Shown: positions 12,552 to 24,843, counted from the first letter of the whole stretch. The stretch is DNA of 63,900 bases, filler included, from Vicugna vicugna (GCA_013265495.1; 78 parts of 77 records of this genome joined end to end with filler, not necessarily neighbours in it), one strand, 5' to 3'. Notes: generated by a model not told the origin, from the letters alone. A program made the numbers and translations.

Positions 12552-12651
12552 NNNNNNNNNNNNNNNNNNNNNNNNNNNNNNNNNNNNNNNNNNNNTTAAT
12601 TAATTAANNNNNNNNNNNNNNNNNNNNNNNNNNNNNNNNNNNNNNNNNNNN

Positions 12652-12808
12652 CATACAAACAAATAGGTATATTCGTCTCCGTATTCTTTTTCATTACAGC
12701 TTAGTATAAGATATTGCATATACTTCCCTGTAACTTATTTGTTTATTGTACGTATAGTAGTTACTATTTGCAATATCAAACTCGCAAATTCTCCCTTCCT
12801 ACCCCCAG
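12652..12808 (-). mobile_element. L1 3' UTR fragment
   Basis: TATTCTTTTTCATTACAGC...AAGATATTGCATATACTTCCCTGT...CAAACTCGCAAATT is typical of a reverse-strand artiodactyl L1 3' end. Confidence 0.7.
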
Positions 12809-13683
12809 TAAATTTGTAAATGTCACCTCTAGCCTTTGAAAATGAGCCGGTGTACACCTTGTTGACCTGCAATGTGGAGAAGAACGATGCCAAGAGACTA
12901 AAACACAACAATTTATGTGCACCCGATGGCAGTTACCAAACCAGAAACTGCTTTCCTCCATTGTGGTGTTAGCACAATTTTTGCTATATCTTTTATCGTG
13001 TGTTCATATAATGTGCGGAAATGTAATGAGGCTTTCTAGGATATTGTTTTTCTACTACTCAAAGAGTCATTAAAAGTGAAAATGCGTTGTTTCAGACAAA
13101 GAAGTTTCAATATAAATATATATCATCCCCAAACTATGTATTTCTGGTAAGATTGCCAAGAGGAAAACATCTTCACATTGCCAAAAGAATATTTGTTAAA
13201 GAAAAATAGAATTCATGAAAACAAAAATTTCCCAGTTAGAAAAGACAAAGGCAAGGAAATCAGGGTATTCAGAGGTTGTACTGCTGGAAGGGAAGGGATT
13301 GTAGAAAGTAAACAAATTCAACGTTGAAACAAAACCTCAACATGCAAAGAACTGGGGAAGTCCCAAACGGGAAATTGTTACATATGTGTATCAGTATCTG
13401 TTTCCCATATATATAATATATAATGTTTATACATACTCAAGCTAAATAAGGCATGGAAGATGTTTAAAAATCATACAACAACTCTCACAATTGTGTGTGT
13501 GTATAAAGGAAGAAACGGATATTGGAACTGAGATGTTGAATGCATCATTGTAACAGCCTCTGATGAGTTGACTTTGAAAAAGGNNNNNNNNNNNNNNNNN
13601 NNNNNNNNNNNNNNNNNNNNNNNNNNNTTAATTAATTAANNNNNNNNNNNNNNNNNNNNNNNNNNNNNNNNNNNNNNNNNNNN

Positions 13684-14354
13684 CTGCACCCAGATGAATG
13701 GAGGAAAAGGTGTCCCGTTTAGGGAGAATTCCTCTAAGTACTAACTCAATGGATAGGGGGCACTCACTGCTACTTGGCGTCCAAGCCCAACCCCCAGATT
13801 TCCCTCATGGCCTGGCCTAAAAGTACACTCAGGGAACAGAAACTAAGGGATACTAATAGAATCCAGGTGCTGCTGTCAGTTTGAGGAACTTCCCCACACT
13901 CAGAATACCAGAACAAATCTTCGTGTGTGTGCTGGATGTAGGGAAACAGTCAAAGCATCTTTCAGGGGGCACATTTATTCCATGGTTGTGGGTTGTAGGT
14001 TAAAAACCCAACCCACATCCCATGGATAGGAAACGCTAATACTTGGTTTAGAGCCCAACCCCCACTTTCCCCCCCCTCCAGCCTAGGCATGCCATCAGGG
14101 AAAACAAGCTAAGGGTTCCTTTTGAACCCAGGCGATGCTGTCATTTTGAGGAGCCTCCCCACAATCAGGATACCTGAGCACGTCTCCGTGTGTGTTCTGG
14201 AGGTGGGGAAACAGATTCCACGCATCTTTATGGGGCACAGGTTTCCCAAGGTTGGGGAAGTAGTTTAAAACCCTCCACTGCCCACAGAGTTGCACTCGCT
14301 AATACTTGGCTTTAGAGCCCATCCCCCACCATCGCTTACTGCTAGGCCTAGGAA
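13684..14354 (+). repeat. Satellite D
   Basis: TCAGGGAA anchors at 13829 and 14095 (period 266); adjacent monomers are strongly diverged. Confidence 0.9.
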
Positions 14355-14454
14355 NNNNNNNNNNNNNNNNNNNNNNNNNNNNNNNNNNNNNNNNNNNNTT
14401 AATTAATTAANNNNNNNNNNNNNNNNNNNNNNNNNNNNNNNNNNNNNNNNNNNN

Positions 14455-14915
14455 TTCTGGGTATATAAATGGAAGGAACTCCAATGTGAAAAGATACCTA
14501 TACCCCAGTATCCATAGCACCACGGTGTACAATAGCCGAGACATGGAGGCAAGCTAAATGTAGCAACAGATGACTGGATAAAGAAGTTGTGGCATATTTA
14601 TACACTGGAATACTACTCTACCATGAATAGGACAAAATAAAACCATTTGCAGCAACATGGACAGCAACATGGATAGACCTAGAGATTGTCATTCTAAGTG
14701 AAGTAAGTTAGAAAGAGAAATAAAAATACCGTATGATATTGCTTATATGTGGAATCTAAAAAAAAGGACACAAATGAACTTATCTACAAAACAGAAATAG
14801 ATTCACAGACATAGAGAACAAACTTATGGTTACCAGCAGGGAAAGGGATGGGAAGGGATAAATTTGGGAGTTCGAGATTCACAAATGTTAGCCACTATAT
14901 ATAAAAATAGATTTT
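14455..14915 (+). mobile_element. L1 ORF2 end and 3' UTR
   Basis: ACAATAGCCGAGACATGGAGGCAAGCTAAATG, CCATTTGCAGCAACATGGA, GAGAACAAACTTATGGTTACC. Confidence 0.92.
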
Positions 14916-14916
14916 A

Positions 14917-14981
14917 GAGTCTTCTGGGCAAGATGGCGGAGTAGAAGGACACTTGTAAGCCACCCTCTCCCACAAATACAC
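14917..14981 (+). mobile_element. Probable L1 5' terminus
   Basis: CAAGATGGCGGAGTAGAAGGAC: the YY1-type motif found at the start of mammalian L1 5' UTRs. Confidence 0.65.
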
Positions 14982-15439
14982 NNNNNNNNNNNNNNNNNNN
15001 NNNNNNNNNNNNNNNNNNNNNNNNNTTAATTAATTAANNNNNNNNNNNNNNNNNNNNNNNNNNNNNNNNNNNNNNNNNNNNCAGATAAACCAAAAAGTGG
15101 ATCTGAATCAGGGTGCTGTGTCAAAATGTAAACTTCCAGGCTTGCTGGAAGAGAGGTTCAAACGATACTGAATAGAATGGCTGATTTCTTGCCCTTTTCC
15201 TTATGACCCCTGGAATGTAGATGTGCTCACCTCCAGGTAGCCTGTCCACACTGTCTCCCACACCCCAAACTTCAGACTCTCAAGGGGGCATTAGGTCAGC
15301 CTGTTAGGAGTGTTTACTCTGCATGCAGTGGAGTGTTGGAAAGCTGGAAACTCTTCCACCCATAATTCTAGTTTCCTTTTTCTTTAACATCTACCAAGTT
15401 GGCAGGATCCAGAAGGGTGCTTTCCGTGGCTATTTAATT

Positions 15440-15565
15440 ATTTCATTAATTTCCCCAAGAACTCCAGGAGACAAGCATTATCTTAGTCATTTCACAGATA
15501 AGAAGGCTGAGAGATTTAGAAACTTGTCAAAAGCAAAACTAGGAATTGTGCCTAGCTTTGTCTAA
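15440..15565 (-). mobile_element. MIR fragment
   Basis: CATTTCACAGATAAGAAGGCTGAG core. Confidence 0.6.
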
Positions 15566-15635
15566 CAATAGCTTTAGCTTCAGATCCTTTCAGTGCAGGA
15601 AGGGGCCACTCCCTAAGTTTTAAAGTAGTATATCT

Positions 15636-15664
15636 GGGGGAAAGGTATAGCTTAAGAGGTAGTG
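15636..15664 (+). mobile_element. Vic-1-type SINE 5' end (runs into gap)
   Basis: GGGGGAAAGGTATAGCTTAAGAGGTAG. Confidence 0.65.
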
Positions 15665-16136
15665 NNNNNNNNNNNNNNNNNNNNNNNNNNNNNNNNNNNN
15701 NNTGGTACCCCAGACAAAATCAATGAAGAAACTTAGTTATGCCCCACTCAGGAAACAAACAATACCAGCAAAGCATGTGTTTTCATTACAGTGGTATGTC
15801 TGTTTTAAAAAAAAAAATTTTTTTTCTGAAAGTCAGAAAAACGAGCATGGATTGAAGGTTTACTAATCTCCTCTGAGCAGCCACTGGGCTAAATAAATTG
15901 GTGAGCAAGGGAAAGATTGCAAAGGAAATAACTAATAAAAAATAGGAATTGCATAGGAGGGGTTAAAAAAAAGTCAATGAACCAACAGATGCAAAGTCAC
16001 ATCCTAGTGATGACTTAAGAATGTGTAGAAGTCTGTNNNNNNNNNNNNNNNNNNNNNNNNNNNNNNNNNNNNNNNNNNNNTTAATTAATTAANNNNNNNN
16101 NNNNNNNNNNNNNNNNNNNNNNNNNNNNNNNNNNNN

Positions 16137-16641
16137 TGCATGTTTGTCGAATCCGTCATGTATGGAGCATGTACGGAACACTGAATAACATGTTCATGGA
16201 ATCTATTCAAATTACATATCTCTAGGGTAGAATTCATTCCAAGAGCGTTTTTCTGGGATCAAAGTGTCATTCTTGAAACTGGTGATAAGAAGAAGCTATG
16301 AAGACAAAGTAAATATTTCAGAGTGCATAGCTGACAAGTTTGGTGTTTGAAACATCAGTCGTGTGCATGTTCACAACTCAGAAGTGCATTTTTGAGGAAT
16401 CCGTGTTGCATGAAACTTGTTCGGAATACGGAATGCCATGGTTATGTAAACAATGTAAATTACATGTGTATTGGTGAGAATATGCTCAAAGAGTGTTTTC
16501 TGGTGCCATCTGGTGCCACCCATTTCAGAATCTGGTGATAGAAAAAAACTATGAAGTCAGAGTAAATAATTGTAAGTCTACATAAGCCTTGATTTTTGGA
16601 TGAAAGATCAGTAATCCACATGCTCACAATTCAGAAACGCA
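16137..16641 (+). repeat. Satellite A
   Basis: Monomer types in the order 2, 3, 1. Confidence 0.93.
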
Positions 16642-17652
16642 NNNNNNNNNNNNNNNNNNNNNNNNNNNNNNNNNNNNNNNNNNNNTTAATTAATTAANNN
16701 NNNNNNNNNNNNNNNNNNNNNNNNNNNNNNNNNNNNNNNNNGAAGTCAAAAAACTCTTAATTATTATATATCCAGAAGCACAAAATTATGCTTAGATCTT
16801 AAATAAATATTCCTTGAATCAATAAATGAATGAAGTAGCTCAAACAGAAAGTCAAATGAATGTTAAATGTCACAGAGACATCAACTAAAACAAAGCCTGT
16901 AATTTGTCAGTAGTTCATAAATGAACTTACCCAGAGCCATTTTTGTGGAGTGATATTGATGAAAGACTTATTGCATTAGGTACAAGAGGATTAAAAAAAA
17001 AAAGAAAGCAAACATGGNNNNNNNNNNNNNNNNNNNNNNNNNNNNNNNNNNNNNNNNNNNNTTAATTAATTAANNNNNNNNNNNNNNNNNNNNNNNNNNN
17101 NNNNNNNNNNNNNNNNNCCTCCCATTTGCTGAGGGAGAAGGAAAACTTTTTCTGAGTTTTCACTTACTGAGCGTGGGAGCAAAGTCTCTTAAGCAGAATT
17201 TCGCCTGGCTTCGTGCATGGTTTTTTAAATTGGATTTCTGTTTTGTGTCCATAGAAATATTCTCCTATTAGAAGAGAGGAAGTGGAGACATAGATATTCT
17301 GCTGAGATATTGGTGTTATCATATTTGAGTTTTAAAGGACTTAAGACAGCATTGAGTCGTAACTTTTTATGGGTGAGAATCCATGATGGTGTAACTACAT
17401 GGTGTAACTTGGACAAGAACCTGGGCCTCCTGTCATCGTGTCCATGCGGGTGAAGAGGCAACTGTGTGGGGGATGGCAGGGATCCTTCTTGCCTGAGTTC
17501 CAGGGTGTTGTTATTTTCATTGCTCAGCTGCCTTTAGTTTATGTCCATGTGGNNNNNNNNNNNNNNNNNNNNNNNNNNNNNNNNNNNNNNNNNNNNTTAA
17601 TTAATTAANNNNNNNNNNNNNNNNNNNNNNNNNNNNNNNNNNNNNNNNNNNN

Positions 17653-18846
17653 TGCAATCACCCCTAGCATTCCCTGGCACAGAGGCATTAGTAAAATACT
17701 CAGGGGAGACAAGTTTAGGCATTGCGTTAGAACCCACGCGCTGCCGACCGTTGGTGGAACCTCCCCACGCTCAGGATTCCGGAACCATTGTCAGTGCTTG
17801 GGGGAGCTCGAGAGACAACTCCACGCAGCTTCTTCAGTCACAGGTGTTCCCTGTTCGGGGAAGGCCGGGAAATAACTTCCCTTGCCTTGGNNNNNNNNNN
17901 NNNNNNNNNNNNNNNNNNNNNNNNNNNNNNNNNNNNNNNNNNNNNNNNNNNNNNNNNNNNNNNNNNNNNNNNNNNNNNNNNNNNNNNNNNNNNNNNNNNN
18001 NNNNNNNNNNNNNNNNNNNNNNNNNNNNNNNNNNNNNNNNNNNNNNNNNNNNNNNNNNNNNNNNNNNNNNNNNNNNNNNNNNNNNNNNNNNNNNNNNNNN
18101 NNNNNNNNNNNNNNNNNNNNNNNNNNNNNNNNNNNNNNNNNNNNNNNNNNNNNNNNNNNNNNNNNNNNNNNNNNNNNNNNNNNNNNNNNNNNNNNNNNNN
18201 NNNNNNNNNNNNNNNNNNNNNNNNNNNNNNNNNNNNNNNNNNNNNNNNNNNNNNNNNNNNNNNNNNNNNNNNNNNNNNNNNNNNNNNNNNNNNNNNNNNN
18301 NNNNNNNNNNNNNNNNNNNNNNNNNNNNNNNNNNNNNNNNNNNNNNNNNNNNNNNNNNNNNNNNNNNNNNNNNNNNNNNNNNNNNNNNNNNNNNNNNNNN
18401 NNNNNNNNNNNNNNNNNNNNNNNNNNNNNNNNNNNNNNNNNNNNNNNNNNNNNNNNNNNNNNNNNNNNNNNNNNNNNNNNNNNNNNNNNNNNNNNNNNNN
18501 NNNNNNNNNNNNNNNNNNNNNNNNNNNNNNNNNNNNNNNNNNNNNNNNNNNNNNNNNNNNNNNNNNNNNNNNNNNNNNNNNNNNNNNNNNNNNNAACTCC
18601 ACGCAGCTCTCTTCAGTCACAGGTGTTCCCTGTTCGGGGAAACCCGAGAAATACCTTCCCTGAACTTGGGGAGTCAGCCTCTGACACTGGGATATCCTGC
18701 AATCACCCCTAGCATTCCCTGGCACAGAGACATTAGGAAAGCACTCAGGGGAGACAAGCTTAGGCATTCCAGTAGAACCCACGCGCTGCCGACTTTTGGT
18801 TGAATCTCACCACGCTCAGGATTCCGGAAACATTGTCAGTGCGTGG
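17653..18846 (+). repeat. Satellite C (gapped)
   Basis: Same monomer on both sides of the gap. Confidence 0.94.
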
Positions 18847-19194
18847 NNNNNNNNNNNNNNNNNNNNNNNNNNNNNNNNNNNNNNNNNNNNTTAATTAATT
18901 AANNNNNNNNNNNNNNNNNNNNNNNNNNNNNNNNNNNNNNNNNNNNACGCTAAGGCCTCCAAAGTCCTTTCCACGACCATCAACCAAACTGCCTGTAGGT
19001 CTGCAACTGCAGGCGGTTACATGTCTGTTTTTAAAGCACCCTCCTCCTGCCCTTTTGTGCCACAATGTCCCTCTACGCCCTCCCATCTCAGGGTAAGAGC
19101 AGCCGCTGCAGAACCTTGCAGGGCAGCACTGACAGGACTGGACACAGAGGATCAGAGCTAAACTAAGCCTTCTGATGACACGAGCTTGTCACTC

Positions 19195-19280
19195 TGTCAC
19201 TTTACAGATGAAGATATATATAGAGAGGTGGGGTGATCTTTTTCAAAGTCAAACAGCTAATAAGTGGCATAGTCTATAAC
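19195..19280 (-). mobile_element. MIR fragment
   Basis: CACTTTACAGATGAAGA...AAAGTCAAACAGCTAATAAGTGGCA. Confidence 0.65.
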
Positions 19281-19804
19281 TCTGCTCCTCCCTCCAGCGT
19301 GATAGGGATGCCCACACGGTTCTCTCGTGCCTGCCTGACCAGTCCTTTCCTGTCACTAATGACCCACCACAGGGTCTGTCCGCAGCCTGCCTTTTCAGCA
19401 ACTTTTCCCTCCAGTTTCTCAGGAACAAGGCTGCTCAGCCACTGTATGACTTCCGGCTCCCCAAACCCTCCGTGTTCAGGCCAGTCATGCCTGTGTATCC
19501 GGCCACCTGCTCAGAGGCTCTTCTGACCCTGCAGGTGGAGTTTTCCACTCTCCGAAGGGACACCCCCTCAGGGGAGCCCTCCTCTCGCCCTCAGCACTGC
19601 AGGAGTCCCAGGCCACATCCCGAGCTGCCCCATTAAGACAACTTGTGCCCAGTTCTGCCAGTCAGACCAGCAGCTTCAGAGCCCGGGGTTATGCCCTGGT
19701 CAACNNNNNNNNNNNNNNNNNNNNNNNNNNNNNNNNNNNNNNNNNNNNTTAATTAATTAANNNNNNNNNNNNNNNNNNNNNNNNNNNNNNNNNNNNNNNN
19801 NNNN

Positions 19805-20257
19805 CATGTGGAGAGACGTTCGTTCATCCAGCACAATTTGAACGGGTTGACGGAGATACACCTATTCTGGATTCCCAGTCTGTTTCCTAGTGCCGGCTTG
19901 AATTGCCTACCGTTTTCATTGTAAAACCGAGTTGGAGCTTGTACCTCCCCATATATAATTATGGATGGGATTTGGAAACTGAAAAGAAACTTTGNNNNNN
20001 NNNNNNNNNNNNNNNNNNNNNNNNNNNNNNNNNNNNNNNNNNNNNNNNNNNNNNNNNNNNNNNNNNNNNNNNNNNNNNNNNNNNNNNNNNNNNNNNNNNN
20101 NNNNNNNNNNNNNNNNNNNNNNNNNNNNNNNNNNNNNNNNNNNNNNNNNNNNNCGTTTTCAATACCGAGTTGGAGCTTGCACCTCCCCATGTATATATTT
20201 GGATGGGAGTTGGCAACTGAAAAGTAACTGTGTGTTCCCTTCAAGCTAGCTGAAGGA
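19805..20257 (-). repeat. Satellite B (gapped)
   Basis: CATGTGGAGAGACGTTCGTTCATCCAGC and AAACCGAGTTGGAGCTTG anchors. Confidence 0.93.
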
Positions 20258-20357
20258 NNNNNNNNNNNNNNNNNNNNNNNNNNNNNNNNNNNNNNNNNNN
20301 NTTAATTAATTAANNNNNNNNNNNNNNNNNNNNNNNNNNNNNNNNNNNNNNNNNNNN

Positions 20358-21391
20358 CCCTCTGTCACTGCCTTGGCGGCTGCCTCAACCCCGTCAGCCC
20401 ATTCTGCCCACCTCCGGTGCCTAAGCTGTCAGGGAAACTGCTTTGCGACCTGGGGCAACAAAGGCTGCCCTCAGGCCAAGCTGCGGAAGAGATGGGAGCT
20501 AAACCACCAGCTCCCAAGCAGCAGGCTCCATACCCCCGCCAACACACCGATGCCCCTGCACCCTACTGCAACCCCAGGGAAATATGACCCGGAGAAGTGT
20601 GACCTGGGAATGAGGGGCAGCAGAGGCCACCCCCACGTCAGGCCTCCAGAGAGATGGGAGCTTATCCTCCAGCTCGCCAGGGGCAGCGCTCTGTCCTCTC
20701 CACCCCCTGATCTCATCGCGCCCACCTCCCAGGAGCAACCAGACCGGGTGTGGGGTGTCAGGCGAATCTTGCGCGGGAGAGGCCGTCCCCAGGCCAGGTC
20801 AGGGGAGAGGAGAAGAAGTGGCCCCATTAGGCGGGGCAGCCGGCCGTCGCANNNNNNNNNNNNNNNNNNNNNNNNNNNNNNNNNNNNNNNNNNNNNNNNN
20901 NNNNNNNNNNNNNNNNNNNNNNNNNNNNNNNNNNNNNNNNNNNNNNNNNNNNNNNNNNNNNNNNNNNNNNNNNNNNNNNNNNNNNNNNNNNNNNNNNNNN
21001 NNNACGCACCTTAAAGGCACCGCCCAGGGTGCCCCTCCCCCAGCAGGCTGAGTGGGACAGGTGTGTCTGGTGATCTGGGGCAGGAGAGGCCACTCCCACA
21101 CCAGGCCATCAGGGAGAAGGGAGCCAATCCACCAGCTCCCCAAGGCAGCCCCTACCCCCGCAGCAGCCACCACTCTTGCCCCTGACTTCAAAGTGGCCTC
21201 CTCTAGGGAGCAGGCTGACCTGGAGATGGAAGTCCGGCGAACTTGGGACAACAGGGACCGACCCCAGGGCAAACCATGGGGGGAAGTGGGAGCAAATGGA
21301 CAAGCTCCATGGGAAAACATGCCGCTGCTGCCACCACCCCCAATGAACCAAGTCCAACTCCCGGGGTCAGACCGACTAGGATACACGTGTC
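20358..21391. repeat. Diverged ~160-bp GC-rich tandem repeat
   Basis: A(A/G)AGG-C...GGGAGC...CCAGCTC-type blocks anchored at ~20460, 20622, 20778, 21085 and ~21253. Confidence 0.7.
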
Positions 21392-21491
21392 NNNNNNNNN
21401 NNNNNNNNNNNNNNNNNNNNNNNNNNNNNNNNNNNTTAATTAATTAANNNNNNNNNNNNNNNNNNNNNNNNNNNNNNNNNNNNNNNNNNNN

Positions 21492-22204
21492 TCACAGGTG
21501 TTCCCTGTTGGGAGAAGTCTGAGAAATACCTTCCCTTTACATGAGGAGGCAGCCTCTGCCACTGGGATATCCTGCAAACCCCCCTAGCATTCCCTGGCAC
21601 AGAGACATTAGGAAAACCCTCAGGGGAGACGAGCTTAGGCTTTCCGTTAGAACCCACNNNNNNNNNNNNNNNNNNNNNNNNNNNNNNNNNNNNNNNNNNN
21701 NNNNNNNNNNNNNNNNNNNNNNNNNNNNNNNNNNNNNNNNNNNNNNNNNNNNNNNNNNNNNNNNNNNNNNNNNNNNNNNNNNNNNNNNNNNNNNNNNNNN
21801 NNNNNNNNNNNNNNNNNNNNNNNNNNNNNNNNNNNNNNNNNNNNNNNNNNNNNNNNNNNNNNNNNNNNNNNNNNNNNNNNNNNNNNNNNNNNNNNNNNNN
21901 NNNNNNNNNNNNNNNNNNNNNNNNNNNNNNNNNNNNNATCATTTTCAGTGCATGAGGGATCTCGAGAGACAACTCCACGCAGCTGTCTTCAGTCACAGGT
22001 GTTCCCTGTTCGGGGAAGTCCGAGCAATAACTTCCCTGACCTTGGGGAGGCAGTCTCTGTCACTGGTATATCCTGCAAACACCCCTAGCATTCCCTGGCA
22101 CATAGACATTTGGAAAATCCTCAGGGGAGACGAGCTAAGCATTCCATTAGAACCCACGTGCTGACGATCGTTGGTGGAACCTTCACACGCTCAGGATTCC
22201 GGAA
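21492..22204 (+). repeat. Satellite C
   Basis: Matches the 267-bp monomer. Confidence 0.94.
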
Positions 22205-22304
22205 NNNNNNNNNNNNNNNNNNNNNNNNNNNNNNNNNNNNNNNNNNNNTTAATTAATTAANNNNNNNNNNNNNNNNNNNNNNNNNNNNNNNNNNNNNNNN
22301 NNNN

Positions 22305-23145
22305 TCCCATAGAACCAACTCGCTGCCGAACTTTCGTGGAACCTCCACACGTTCAGGATTCCGGAACCATATTCATTGAGTGGGGAGCTCGAGAGACAGC
22401 TTCACGCAGCTCTCTACAGTCACAGGTCTTCCCTGCTCGGGGAAGTCTGAAAAATATCTTCCCTGACTTGGGTTCGCAGTCTCTGTCACTGGGATTTCCT
22501 GCAACACCCCCTAGCATTCCCTCGCACAGAGACATGAGAAAAACCCTCTGGGGAGACGAGCACAGGCATTCCCTTAGAACCCACGTGCCTCCGACCATTG
22601 TTGGAACCTCCCCACATTCAGGATTCCGGAAAAATATTCATTGAGTGGGGGAGATCGAGAGACAACTCCACGCAGCTCTCTTCAGTCACAGGTGTTCCNN
22701 NNNNNNNNNNNNNNNNNNNNNNNNNNNNNNNNNNNNNNNNNNNNNNNNNNNNNNNNNNNNNNNNNNNNNNNNNNNNNTGGGATATCCTCACCCCTAGCAC
22801 TTCCTGGCACAGAGACTTTATGAAAACCCTCAGGGGAGATGATCTAAGGCATTCCGTTAGAACCCACGCGCTGCCGACCGTTGGTGGAACCTCGCCACGC
22901 TCAGGATTCCGGAACCATTGTCAGTGCGTGGGGGAGCTCGAGAGACAACTCCACGCAGCTCTCTTCATTCACAGGTGTTCCATTTTCGGGGAAGTCCGGG
23001 AAATACCTTCCCTGACCTTGGAGAGGCAGCCTCTGTCACTGGGATATCCTGCAAACCCCCCCAACCATTCCCTGGTACAGAGATATTAGGAAAACATTCC
23101 GGGAAGACGAGCTTAGGCATTCCGTTAGAACCCACGCACTGCCGA
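22305..23145 (+). repeat. Satellite C, about 3 monomers
   Basis: CAGGATTCCGGAA recurs three times. Confidence 0.94.
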
Positions 23146-23830
23146 NNNNNNNNNNNNNNNNNNNNNNNNNNNNNNNNNNNNNNNNNNNNTTAATTAATTA
23201 ANNNNNNNNNNNNNNNNNNNNNNNNNNNNNNNNNNNNNNNNNNNNCCCCCAGGCCCCACTCCCTACTTTGGAGTGGAGTGGGAGGCAATTTAAGGGCTTC
23301 TGGGATCAGTGCTTCCTGAGCCCTAGAGTGGAGTTTGGTGGCAAGGGAACCTATGCTCCTGCCGTGCTTCTTGGGAATTCTGCGTGTGGACTATTTCCTG
23401 GGACAGCAGAGAAACGGACCCTTTCCCATGGAACTCAAGCCGAGAGGGAGCAGCTAAACCACCGTGAGAAAGAACCAGCGACACCAACTCAAATGTCCAA
23501 ACGTGGTCCACTAGAAATGCGCTTCCTGCAGTCGGAAGCCTTGGACAACGGATGCAGCTTTCTGTGCAGCTGCACGTCAGGACTTGTGAGAGAGGAGCTG
23601 TGGGTGGGCCACAGGGCTANNNNNNNNNNNNNNNNNNNNNNNNNNNNNNNNNNNNAAAACAAAACTACCTCAGCCACTCTCAATCATTTGGCCCAATGGC
23701 TTCCTTAAACACAGCCCAGCCAAAGCCTTCCCTGCAGTCTCAGGGGGCCATTTCTCCCCTCGTCCACACCCCTGAGAGGGCAGGAAAGCATTTCAGATGA
23801 GCCAGCAGGAGAGCCCATGTGCTGATGTCC

Positions 23831-23963
23831 ACTTACCGTTAGACGTGCGTGAGTCATCCATGGCCGGAGAGACACCCGTCCGGCACAGAGGCTGCTGGCC
23901 AAATGCTGAGATCCCGGAAGCACGGGCCTTATCAAGGGATCGGGCACGCCCCGCCCCTATTTA
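23831..23963 (-). promoter_or_regulatory. Candidate promoter and first coding exon (MDDSRTSN...)
   Basis: Minus strand: GC box (23948-23957), GATA (23928-23934), ETS-like (23914-23920), GCCATGG Kozak (ATG 23861-23859), donor G|GTAAGT (23836-23831). Confidence 0.4.
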
Positions 23964-24063
23964 NNNNNNNNNNNNNNNNNNNNNNNNNNNNNNNNNNNNN
24001 NNNNNNNTTAATTAATTAANNNNNNNNNNNNNNNNNNNNNNNNNNNNNNNNNNNNNNNNNNNN

Positions 24064-24843
24064 CCCACAACTTGGGAATTACTGTGACCCCTGAAAAATG
24101 CGTGTGATCTGTTTCCCCACGTCCAGAACACACAGGAAGTAGTGTTCTGGGGTTCTGAGTGTGGGGAGGTTCCTCCAACAGACAGCAGCACCTGGGTTTT
24201 AATAGAATCCCTTAGCTTGACTTCCGAAGTGTTTTCCTAGGCCTAGCAGTAAGCGATGGTGGGGGATGGGCTCTAAAGCCAAGTATTAGCGAGCGCATCT
24301 CTGTGGGTAGTGGAGGGTTTTAAACTACTTCCCCAACCTTGGAACACCTGTGCCCCATAAAGATGCGTGGAATCTGTTTCCCCACCTCCAGCACACACAC
24401 GGAGNNNNNNNNNNNNNNNNNNNNNNNNNNNNNNNNNNNNNNNNNNNNNNNNNNNNNNNNNNNNNNNNNNNNNNNNNNNNNNNNNNNNNNNNNNNNNNNN
24501 NNNNNNNNNNNNNNNNNNNNNNNNNNNNNNNNNNNNNNNNNNNNNNNNNNNNNNNNNNNNNNNNNNNNNNNNNNNNNNNNNNNNNNNNNNNNNNNNNNNN
24601 NNNNNNNNNNNNNNNNNNNNNNNNNNNNNNNNNNNNNNNNNNNNNNNNNTACATCCAGCCACGAAGATGTTTTATGGTATTCTGAGTGTGGGGAAGTTCC
24701 TCAAACTGACAGCAGCACCTGGATTCTATTAGTATCCCTTAGCTTCTGTTCCCTGAGTGTACTTTCGGCCAGGCCATGAGGGAATGCTGGGGGTTGGTCT
24801 TGGAGGCCATGTAGCAGTGAGTGCCCCCTGATCCATTGAGGAA
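24064..24843 (-). repeat. Satellite D (gapped)
   Basis: Near-identical reverse complement of parts of 13740-14354. Confidence 0.9.

Noticed and set aside
12832..12972. Peptide ...LCAPDGSYQTRNCFPPLWC* resembling a thyroglobulin type-1 motif
   Set aside because: Lacks the QC and CWCV hallmarks and ends in a stop. Probably chance; BLASTX would settle it.
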